A stretch of 64,000 nucleotides of DNA, from assembly GCA_964510025.1 (NCBI GenBank), contig CAZDZV010000003.1, forward strand, positions 1-64,000, written 5' to 3'. Made by a program: the position numbers and the translations under genes. The DNA is from an uncultured Methanosarcinales archaeon. GTDB lineage: Archaea; Nanobdellota; Nanobdellia; Woesearchaeales; DATDXC01. Below are positions 56,093-64,000 of the stretch, one piece after another. Positions within the stretch are counted from its first letter, which is position 1. Each line of letters opens with the position of its first letter. The notes under the pieces are model-generated. The model ran no database searches. It was not told where the DNA came from and saw only the letters and a program-made list of their open reading frames with translations.

Positions 56093-57487
56093 TTATGTAA
56101 ATTTGATCTTCCTCATAGCAAAAAAGCACATCTTTATCAGAAGCCATCCATGCGAAAATCTCCGTATATTGGTGTCTCCGTAGGTCCTTTCCTGATATCT
56201 TATGGGAACTTCAACTATCTTGAGATCCATTTTAGAGGCTCCAAGCAACAGGTCAAAATCTCCGAAAGGATCAAAATCTCCAAAATATGACCTGTTCTTC
56301 TTCAGAATATTGTAATTCCTCTTAGATATAACCTTTGTGCCGCATAGGGTGTCCTTAATCCTCTGGCCTAAGAGCCAGGAAAAAATCACGCTGAACATCT
56401 TATTGCCTAGAAGGTTCAGACCACGCATAGCCTGTTTTTTCATGGGATATACAAGCCTGCTTCCGTTTATGAACTCGCCCTTATTTGATACAATAGCGTC
56501 ATAGAACTTGTGCAAGTCTTTTGCCGGAACCGTCATGTCTGCGTCATAGATCATCAGGATATCCCCCCTAGCCATCTCAAAACCCTTTCTAACAGCGTCT
56601 CCCTTCCCTTTTCCATCTTGTCTCGCAAACTTAATATCTGGGAATAAGCCAGCTATTCTTTTTATTTCCTCCCATGTATCGTCCTTAGAGCCGCCCTCTA
56701 TGAAGATTATTTCTGTTTTCAAGCCTAATTTCGGCAGGCTTTTCACTATCTTCTCGATATTACCCTCCTCATTCCTGGCAGCAACAATGATTGAGACTTC
56801 TTTTTCCTTTCGGGGCTCTAAATTCACCGGCCTTGCAATGATATAATGAACTAGGCAAAGATGCCTTATCAATGGAAGATTTGCAAGATATTTGTTAGCC
56901 AGGCCTGATACCAAGGGAATGTTTTTTGGCACCAAAATCTTTTCTCCATTTTTTACAATCTCAAAATCTTCAAGATTAAGCAGACCCTGAATATCGCTGA
57001 TATTCAGCCAATTTGTGAACGGCTGCCCCATCTTCAGGTGCATTCTTTCAGTTAATCTTAATAGCGGCTCCCACAAGTAATTATAGGCGGTTATTATTAT
57101 TCTGGTATTGTTTGTGCAGTTTTGTCTGAGGTTATGCAGCACCTGCTGGATATCTTGAAAATAACCTATTGTGTCTGTTATCACAATATAATCAAATTTT
57201 TCCTCTAGCCTGTAGTCAGCTGCAGCAGATTCAATAAATCTGAGATGAGGGTACTTCTTGCTGGCAATATCGATCATCTGTCCACTAAAGTCTATTCCCA
57301 CACCTCTGGAAGGCTGCAAGGCATTCAACAGAAATCCAGTTCCACACCCTATCTCAAGGACAGAGCTTTTTTTTGGGATATGGAATCCAATCAGTTCAGC
57401 AATTTTTTTGTTATAATACAGATTTCTCTTGATCCACCTATCCCTTTCATGTGCTTTTTTGTTGAAAAATTCCTTTAGCCTATCCAT
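56093..57487 (-). CDS. methyltransferase-GT2 fusion protein
   Basis: VLEIGCGTG, then ARNEEGNI, EGGSKD, GKGDAVRKGF, DADMTV, DTLCGTK, DPFGDFDLL; start MDRLKEFF. Confidence 0.9.
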   Translation of the reverse strand: MDRLKEFFNKKAHERDRWIKRNLYYNKKIAELIGFHIPKKSSVLEIGCGTGFLLNALQPSRGVGIDFSGQMIDIASKKYPHLRFIESAAADYRLEEKFDYIVITDTIGYFQDIQQVLHNLRQNCTNNTRIIITAYNYLWEPLLRLTERMHLKMGQPFTNWLNISDIQGLLNLEDFEIVKNGEKILVPKNIPLVSGLANKYLANLPLIRHLCLVHYIIARPVNLEPRKEKEVSIIVAARNEEGNIEKIVKSLPKLGLKTEIIFIEGGSKDDTWEEIKRIAGLFPDIKFARQDGKGKGDAVRKGFEMARGDILMIYDADMTVPAKDLHKFYDAIVSNKGEFINGSRLVYPMKKQAMRGLNLLGNKMFSVIFSWLLGQRIKDTLCGTKVISKRNYNILKKNRSYFGDFDPFGDFDLLLGASKMDLKIVEVPIRYQERTYGDTNIRRFSHGWLLIKMCFFAMRKIKFT

Positions 57488-58403
57488 TTTCCAAGAACCA
57501 TTTATGTGTTTTTTTAATTCCTTCCTGCAACGTTGTCTTGTGTTTCCATCCCAGTCCGTGTATTTTTGAGACATCAAGGAGTTTTTGGGGAGTGCCGTCT
57601 GGTTTAGATGGGTCCCATTCTATCTGTCCTCTGAATCCAACAGTCTTGGCGATCAGCTCTGCAAGCTGCCTTATTGTTATATCTTCTCCTGTCCCGACGT
57701 TTACAAATTCCCCTATTTCACTATAATCATATTTCTGCATCAAAAATATGACAGCTTCTGCCAAATCCCCGACATAAAGAAATTCTCTCCTAGGCTTACC
57801 TGTGCCCCACAGAAACACCTTGTCTTTTGCTTCAGAGAACTTTCTTATCATAGCTGGCATGGCATGGCCTGTCTTCAGATCAAAGTTGTCATAAGGCCCA
57901 TATAAATTTGTAGGCATGACCGAAATAAAATTTGTCTTATATTGCTGGTTATAGAATCTGCACATCTTTATTGCCGCTATCTTGGCCATGGCATATGCCT
58001 CATTTGTAGGCTCAAGTTTTCCTGTTAAAAGATGTTCTTCTCTCATGGGTTGTGGGGCAAATTTCGGATATATGCAGGATGAACCCAGATTCAGCAGCTT
58101 CCTGACGCCATGCTTGTAGCTCGCATGAATTACATTAGCAGAGATCATCAGATTATTGTAAATAAATTCAGCTGGATATGAGGAATTTGCCAAAATACCT
58201 CCCACCTGGGCAGCTGCCAGAAAAACATAGTCTGGCTTATGTGTCCTGAAAAAATCTTCCACTTGTTTCTGGTTTGCAAGGTCAAGTTCAGCATGTTTCT
58301 TGAGAATCAGATCACTATACCCTAGCTGTTTAAGCTTGGCAAGGATAGCACTGCCAACAAGGCCCCTGTGCCCTGCCACATAAATCTTTGAATCCAATTC
58401 CAT
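57480..58403 (-). CDS. fcl: GDP-L-fucose synthase
   Basis: AGHRGLVGSA, AAA.VGGI.AN, GSSCIYP, YA.AK, MPTNLYGP, WGTG.PRREF. Confidence 0.96.
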   Translation of the reverse strand: MELDSKIYVAGHRGLVGSAILAKLKQLGYSDLILKKHAELDLANQKQVEDFFRTHKPDYVFLAAAQVGGILANSSYPAEFIYNNLMISANVIHASYKHGVRKLLNLGSSCIYPKFAPQPMREEHLLTGKLEPTNEAYAMAKIAAIKMCRFYNQQYKTNFISVMPTNLYGPYDNFDLKTGHAMPAMIRKFSEAKDKVFLWGTGKPRREFLYVGDLAEAVIFLMQKYDYSEIGEFVNVGTGEDITIRQLAELIAKTVGFRGQIEWDPSKPDGTPQKLLDVSKIHGLGWKHKTTLQEGIKKTHKWFLENG

Positions 58404-58406
58404 TTT

Positions 58407-59444
58407 TTAGAGAACATCCATCTCGGCCATATCCGCATCTACCATCAGTTTAACAAGGTCCTTAAACTTAACCTTTGGCTTCCATTTAAGCTTTTCCTTT
58501 GCTTTTTTCGGGCTGCCAAGCAAATAATCAACTTCAGCGGGCCTGAAATATTTCGGATCAATTCTCACAATGGGCTTACCTGTATCTAAATCTATATATT
58601 CTTCTTCACTGTCTTTCTTGCCGTTAGATTCTATATTAAAACCAGCATATCTGAATGCTTCTTCAAGAAATTCCCTTACAGTATGGCTTTCACCTGTAGC
58701 TATAATGAAGTCATCCGGCTTTTCCTGCTGAAGCATCATCCAGACCGCTTCCACATAATCTCCAGCGAATCCCCAGTCCCGCTTAGCTTCAAGATTGCCT
58801 AGATACAGGATACCCTGCTGTCTGGCCTTTATGGATGCAATAGCCCTTGTAATCTTTCTGGTTACGAATGTCTCCCCCCTTCTTGGTGACTCATGGTTGA
58901 AAAGTATCCCGTTGCAGGCAAAGATATCATAACTTTCCCTGTAGTTAACAGTGGCCCAATAAGCAAATACCTTGCTGCACCCATACGGCGATCTTGGGTG
59001 GAAAGGTGTCGATTCTGTCTGCGGACTCTCGGTTGCTTTCCCAAACATCTCACTGCTGGCTGCCTGGTAGAATCTTATCTCTTTTTTTATGGTTTTGATA
59101 GCTTCCAAAATGCGCAGTGTTCCAAGAGCATCCACATTTGCTGTGTACAAAGGAACCTCAAAGCTCACTTTGACATGGCTCTGAGCTCCAAAATTATAAA
59201 CTTCATCAGGCCTTATATCATTTATTATCTTATTGACATTGGAGGAATCTGTCAAGTCACCATAAACCAAGTGGAGCCGATTATCTTTATCGTGCGGATC
59301 TTTGTAGATGTGGTCAATCCTTCCTGTATTGAAAGAGCTTGACCTTCGTATGATACCATAGACCTCGTATTCCTTGCGGAGCAGAAGCTCTGCTAGATAG
59401 GAACCGTCCTGGCCAGTAATTCCTGTGATCAAAGCCCTTTTCAT
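58407..59444 (-). CDS. gmd: GDP-mannose 4,6-dehydratase
   Basis: [41 protein letters not shown]. Confidence 0.97.
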   Translation of the reverse strand: MKRALITGITGQDGSYLAELLLRKEYEVYGIIRRSSSFNTGRIDHIYKDPHDKDNRLHLVYGDLTDSSNVNKIINDIRPDEVYNFGAQSHVKVSFEVPLYTANVDALGTLRILEAIKTIKKEIRFYQAASSEMFGKATESPQTESTPFHPRSPYGCSKVFAYWATVNYRESYDIFACNGILFNHESPRRGETFVTRKITRAIASIKARQQGILYLGNLEAKRDWGFAGDYVEAVWMMLQQEKPDDFIIATGESHTVREFLEEAFRYAGFNIESNGKKDSEEEYIDLDTGKPIVRIDPKYFRPAEVDYLLGSPKKAKEKLKWKPKVKFKDLVKLMVDADMAEMDVL

Positions 59445-59551
59445 GAAAAACCCCCAAATCTCTGGGATAAATTAGCCTATTTAAATGTTTTTATTTTATA
59501 CAACAACCTTTTGTAGCAACTTTTATATACCATAAATAAACCACTGATTTC

Positions 59552-61243
59552 ATGCATATGTTAAAAAATGAAAAAAAGGTTTTTTTTATCTTTTTAACGG
59601 CAATCCTAGCGTGCGGTGTCTTTTTAAGGCTTACTAATTTTACAGCAGAGGGATATTCTCATGATGCATTGAAGACCTTAAGCGAAGGGCTAGCTTATTT
59701 CTATGATTATCCCGGAGATCCATCCGGTATCCAGGCCTATCCTCCTTTAGGAAACATAATCATGGCTTCTACCTGCCTCATGTCAGGCGAGGATTTTTCA
59801 GGCGTGGAAAAAGTACCCCATTATTTTTATCCTGCTATGTGGGAATATGTTGCAAGAAGCACCTATAATGCGATAGCTGAGTGCCATTTCGCTGTAAGGT
59901 TCTTCAGCATAGCCAGCCTGTTCATATTTGCTTTCTTATGTATGCTTCTATTCGACAGATTCCTAAGCCTGATACCTATCACCATATATACACTCGCACC
60001 ATATATCCTGCACTGGAGCAGGGTAGTCCATCATGAGGCTATACAATGGCCTTTGACATTCCTAGGTCTTATATTTCTTTACAAGGGCTATGCCTGCCCG
60101 GATAAAAAAAGGGAATTCAGATTTTTTCTCATTGGTTTTTTTATTCTCGCGCTTACTACATCTGTAAAATGGACCACCGGCGTATATGTTGTCCTAGCTT
60201 TCTTTCTGTACCTGCAAAAGAACTTCGGTGTGTTTGCCAGGAATATTGAAAAGATAAGGGAGAACAAGAAATTCTTATTGCTGAAAAGCGCCATTGGTGT
60301 AATCAAGAATTCAGTTGTCTATGGCATAGTCACATATTTGGGAGTAACGCTTGTATTCAAATTCAATATTTTCAATCTGCTGAGGACATATGGATACTGG
60401 CAGATGCGTTATGGGGAATATGGTGGCTTCAGCTTAAGCATTAGCAGGATAATACAGAATTTATTTGCGATGTTTCTTTATGTGCTCTCTCCAGTGGAGG
60501 CTTTGCTGATTCCTCTTGTGGTGGTCTTTCTTGTAATAATAATAAGAAAAGCAGCCAGAAAAGAACTGAGATTATCGGCAAAACACAGGTTTATTCTTGC
60601 ATTGTTTTTAGTCTATTTCTTCACAATGACACAGGAGCTTGTAGGCAGCGAAGAAATATTTCGGACAATACTTTTCTATATCCCCTTTTTCATCCTATTT
60701 GGCATTTGCATTGACTTCTTTATACGGAAATATTTGCCCAGGCATAAAAGTCTTTTAAGGTACGTTTCAGCAACAGTTTTTCTTATTGCGTACCTTGTCA
60801 TCAACGCCAATAACTTTGTCCCATATTCTTTGGCATACAGAAATCCTGTGATGGTACCTTTAACCCCCGTTGTGCTTGGACATGAAGGGACAAAAGACCT
60901 GCATCTGGGAGCAATGCTGGAAATAGTCGAATATGACCAGATCAGAAAGGATATCGATGCTTTGAATATGTCAGAAAATGAGACAATTTGGGGGGAAAGG
61001 CAGATAATGGTCAGGGTGGACGAAAGGTATCCTGATTATGTAATGAGGCAGCAGCTGAAGCAGGAATATGGCAGAGAGCCCACACTGAAGGAAAGGATAA
61101 ACCTAAATATAAATCCGTTAGGTAGAAAATACAGGTATATGCTGGTAACCGAGCCTGATATGGTTGAAGGAATAAATGCGACCCTTTTGAAAACATATTC
61201 GGTTCAGGGCAGGCCCTACTTTTATCTATATGAAGTACAATGA
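59552..61243 (+). CDS. GT-C-like multi-TM glycosyltransferase
   Basis: LRL...SHD, YPPLG, many TMs, SVKW motif. Confidence 0.72.
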   Translation: MHMLKNEKKVFFIFLTAILACGVFLRLTNFTAEGYSHDALKTLSEGLAYFYDYPGDPSGIQAYPPLGNIIMASTCLMSGEDFSGVEKVPHYFYPAMWEYVARSTYNAIAECHFAVRFFSIASLFIFAFLCMLLFDRFLSLIPITIYTLAPYILHWSRVVHHEAIQWPLTFLGLIFLYKGYACPDKKREFRFFLIGFFILALTTSVKWTTGVYVVLAFFLYLQKNFGVFARNIEKIRENKKFLLLKSAIGVIKNSVVYGIVTYLGVTLVFKFNIFNLLRTYGYWQMRYGEYGGFSLSISRIIQNLFAMFLYVLSPVEALLIPLVVVFLVIIIRKAARKELRLSAKHRFILALFLVYFFTMTQELVGSEEIFRTILFYIPFFILFGICIDFFIRKYLPRHKSLLRYVSATVFLIAYLVINANNFVPYSLAYRNPVMVPLTPVVLGHEGTKDLHLGAMLEIVEYDQIRKDIDALNMSENETIWGERQIMVRVDERYPDYVMRQQLKQEYGREPTLKERINLNINPLGRKYRYMLVTEPDMVEGINATLLKTYSVQGRPYFYLYEVQ

Positions 61244-62094
61244 AGGCTTCGATTATTATAATATTCAATGAGATCAGGAAAGAGCTATTTCCGTTGCTTA
61301 AGGAGATAAGAGAGCAGATTGATGAAACGCGGGATTTTGAGATTGTGCTGGTGCATGAATCAAACAAAAGACTAAGGCCACTGAGTGAGTTTAAAGGTGC
61401 AAAATACATAAACATTCCAGAAGCCAGAGGCTTCGCTTATAACAGAAACAAGGGGCTGGAGCAATCCAGTGGCGACATAATCATATTTATTGATGATGAC
61501 TGCTATCCAGCTAGGGGTTGGCTCAGAAATTTGGTTAAACCTTTTGCTAACCAGACTATTTCAGCGGTTATGGGAAATGTTAAAGTCAAGAAATCCGGGT
61601 ATCTGGGAGACTGCATATCTGAGCTTGGGTTTCCGGCCGGAGCCAATGCGGGCTTTAACAGAATATGGAGAGTTGATAAGAAAGGACTTACCAATCATCT
61701 TTCAACCTGCAATTCCGCAATCAGAAGACACGTGTTTGGGCAGATTGGAAGATTCAATGAGAGGTTGGTGTATGGGGCAGAAGATGCAGAGTTATCCCAC
61801 AGGATGGTCAAAGCAGGCCTATTAATCAAATATAATCCTGATGCCCTTGCTTACCACAAGCCAAGAAAAGATCTGGCCTCTTTCATAAGATGGCAGCTTA
61901 GAAGGGGGAGGGCAAATTTTTATTTCAGACAGGAAGTAGGCGATATTGGAGACTTTATGAGACTGAGATTATGGTCAAGCTGGAACATCATAAAGAAGAA
62001 TATATCTAGCATGAAGATTTTTGGGGTGGCATTCCTGCTTTTTTTGAGCTTTTTTTTACAGCAGATTGGCTATCTTTCAGAAAAGACAAAATGA
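61240..62094 (+). CDS. GT2 glycosyltransferase
   Basis: GFAYNRNKG, FIDDD, GAED.EL..R, QLRRG. Confidence 0.88.
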   Translation: MKASIIIIFNEIRKELFPLLKEIREQIDETRDFEIVLVHESNKRLRPLSEFKGAKYINIPEARGFAYNRNKGLEQSSGDIIIFIDDDCYPARGWLRNLVKPFANQTISAVMGNVKVKKSGYLGDCISELGFPAGANAGFNRIWRVDKKGLTNHLSTCNSAIRRHVFGQIGRFNERLVYGAEDAELSHRMVKAGLLIKYNPDALAYHKPRKDLASFIRWQLRRGRANFYFRQEVGDIGDFMRLRLWSSWNIIKKNISSMKIFGVAFLLFLSFFLQQIGYLSEKTK

Positions 62095-63077
62095 GATATA
62101 GCAAAATAATAAACTATTTTTTGCTGGCTTTAGGATTAATCGTACTAGTCCTGTTTGTCAGGTCCCTGGATTTCCATTCTGTAATTGATGGACTTAAATC
62201 GGCAGGCTTCAAGGTAGTATTTATCGTATTCTTACTGATGCTCTTAGATGTCTGGCTTAAGGCGCTCAGATGGAAGGTCTTAGTAAAGACAATCACGGGC
62301 AAGACCATCGGGCTCTGGTTTTCTTTTCTATCGATCTTTGCAGGAGTCTCTTCGGCAAGCCTATTTCCGGGCAGGAATGAGATTACAAAGCCATTAATGC
62401 TAAGGAAGACCTACGGCGCAAGCTTATCCAAGACAATCCCCACAGCTCTTATCGAGAAGGTTCTTGATTTTATGGGTTTATTGTTCGGATTCTTTTTGGC
62501 ACTCATATTCGTTCAAAGCTCTGATTACAATCAATACATAATCCCTTTTTTGTCTTTAGCTGCCCTATTGGTTCTTTTTCTCTTCGTATTTCCTAGAAAG
62601 CTATGTAAGCTAGTTTCTATAATCATCAAGAAATTACCTCTTTCTGTGAAACTGAGGAAAAAGGCTACCCATGTAAATATCCAGGCATTTGAATGTTTCG
62701 ATGTACTCAGAAAAAAACAGACTTCGCTTATCTTTTTTATCCTGTCTATACTTCCGGTCTTTGTTGAGATTTTGAAGATATATTATATCTTCTTGGCTTT
62801 TGGGCTGCCTATCTCATTCTTGGCTGCAACTATCGGCTATGTAGGAAGCCTTCTCATAGGTGTTATAACAATGATCCCTGGAGGGGTAGGTGTTACTGAA
62901 TTTTCAGCTGCAGCCATAATAAAGACACTGTATGACAGCTACGATCTGAACAAGATAAAGTCAATCATATTTGTAGACCGCATAATCTCTTATTATTTCA
63001 TACTTGTTGCAGGCGGGTTTATTCTGCTTTTTTACGAGAAGATGCTGAAGAAAACTAAAAAAGTAGAATTTAAATAG
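62091..63077 (+). CDS. lysylphosphatidylglycerol-synthase-TM / UPF0104 flippase-like protein
   Basis: LRWK.L, PG, IEKVLD, PGGVGVTE, DRIISY. Confidence 0.88.
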   Translation: MRYSKIINYFLLALGLIVLVLFVRSLDFHSVIDGLKSAGFKVVFIVFLLMLLDVWLKALRWKVLVKTITGKTIGLWFSFLSIFAGVSSASLFPGRNEITKPLMLRKTYGASLSKTIPTALIEKVLDFMGLLFGFFLALIFVQSSDYNQYIIPFLSLAALLVLFLFVFPRKLCKLVSIIIKKLPLSVKLRKKATHVNIQAFECFDVLRKKQTSLIFFILSILPVFVEILKIYYIFLAFGLPISFLAATIGYVGSLLIGVITMIPGGVGVTEFSAAAIIKTLYDSYDLNKIKSIIFVDRIISYYFILVAGGFILLFYEKMLKKTKKVEFK

Positions 63078-63100
63078 TACGGTATATCTACAGAATCATC

Positions 63101-63460
63101 ATGAACAGAAAAATAGTCAATAAGATATGGGGCTATGAGGAATGGATCGTCAATAGGGATTATTGCGGGAAGAGGCTGGTCCTTAAAAAAGGTTACAGGT
63201 GCTCGATACATCTTCATAAGAATAAAGATGAAACATTTTATGTTACGAAAGGCAAAGTGCTTATTGAACTGAATAACGAAAAAAAGATATTAACCCCGGG
63301 AGATTCCATATTGGTTAAACCGGGAATGAAGCACAGGTTTACCGGGCTGGATGACAGTGAAATAATAGAATTTTCAACACATCATGAGGATTCCGATTCA
63401 TATAGGGAGGAGAAATCAGGCAAGGTTGACTTGTCAAAAATTGAGCTGCCAGGTGATTAA
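63101..63460 (+). CDS. cupin-domain protein (sugar isomerase-like)
   Basis: KIWGYEEWI, SIHLH..KDETFYV, HRF, EFST.H...DSYR. Confidence 0.87.
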   Translation: MNRKIVNKIWGYEEWIVNRDYCGKRLVLKKGYRCSIHLHKNKDETFYVTKGKVLIELNNEKKILTPGDSILVKPGMKHRFTGLDDSEIIEFSTHHEDSDSYREEKSGKVDLSKIELPGD

Positions 63461-64000
63461 ATGAAACATATTTTAGAAAAGCTGGGAAAAACCAGCATCC
63501 TAGTGATAGGAGATATAATGCTGGACAAGTATATATGGGGCAATGTTTCACGAATAAGCCAGGAGGCCCCTGTGCCAATAGTGGATGTTCATGACGAGTA
63601 TCACTCCCCCGGTGGGGCAGCTAACACAGCCAATAATATTGCTTCTCTGGGAGGCAACTGCTATCTTATGGGAATTATCGGAAATGATCAAGCGGCCAAA
63701 ATACTGATGAAGGAGATTAGCAAAACAAAAATAGATACCAGCAATATCATTATGGAGGATAACTATAAAACAACAAGAAAAGTAAGAATAATAGGAAATA
63801 ACCATCAGCTCTTAAGAATCGACTATGAATCAAAGGAGTATATCAGCAGGAAGCTCGAGCAAAAGTTTGTATCCCTTATGAAAAATGCAATAAAGCAAGT
63901 GGATGCTGTCATAATATCGGATTATGCAAAAGGGATGATAACAAAGACCTTAATGGACAGGGTAAGGGTCCTGGCTGGCAAGAAGATAATAATAGTCGAT
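63461..64000 (+). CDS. rfaE1: D-glycero-D-manno-heptose-7-phosphate kinase (HldE/RfaE domain I); 3' partial, absent from the ORF track
   Basis: MKHILEKLGKTSILVIGDIMLDKYIWGNVSRISQEAPVP, GGAANTANN, HQLLRIDYE, SDYAKG. Confidence 0.92.
   Translation, partial: MKHILEKLGKTSILVIGDIMLDKYIWGNVSRISQEAPVPIVDVHDEYHSPGGAANTANNIASLGGNCYLMGIIGNDQAAKILMKEISKTKIDTSNIIMEDNYKTTRKVRIIGNNHQLLRIDYESKEYISRKLEQKFVSLMKNAIKQVDAVIISDYAKGMITKTLMDRVRVLAGKKIIIVD

Noticed and set aside
1..64000. CRISPR arrays, IS elements and the many short antisense or nested ORFs in the track
   Set aside because: No repeat-spacer periodicity or transposase motifs seen by eye. The nested ORFs lie within well-supported genes and look like shadow frames.

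Overview
Archaeal chromosomal segment, most likely a DPANN lineage such as Woesearchaeota. This is inferred from radB, Sec61beta, NAC, aMBF1, AK6, TATA-box promoters, a bulge-helix-bulge tRNA intron, an unlinked 5S rRNA and a truncated NFACT/Rqc2. The left half (1-29 kb) is mostly housekeeping: scpB, gyrA, a THUMP methyltransferase, RNase P RNA, tRNA-His, radB, a processive GT2 cluster, an aminotransferase and pckG. It is interrupted at about 19.0-21.1 kb by a three-gene orphan island: a degenerate NUDIX, a Ser1 proteasome-beta-like Ntn protein and an ADP-ribosyltransferase-like protein. The right half (29-64 kb) is a large surface-glycan locus. Its most striking part (31.2-39.8 kb) looks like a Campylobacter-type phosphoramidate (MeOPN) pathway: L-glutamine kinase, gamma-glutamyl amidohydrolase, phosphoglutamine cytidylyltransferase, an APS-kinase-like 3'-kinase and two paralogous methyltransferases. 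Three features differ from the Campylobacter pathway. The kinase is fused to an AbrB-like DNA-binding domain and a second cytidylyltransferase, behind a perfect palindrome. A formyltransferase is added. A sulfotransferase-fold enzyme is translationally coupled to the 3'-kinase and is a candidate phosphoramidate transferase. The locus also encodes a diamino-uronic-acid pathway with a formyltransferase, a FemAB-like/deacetylase pair, GDP-fucose synthesis, several GT-C enzymes and a heptose kinase. All calls are from motifs read by eye; no searches were run.
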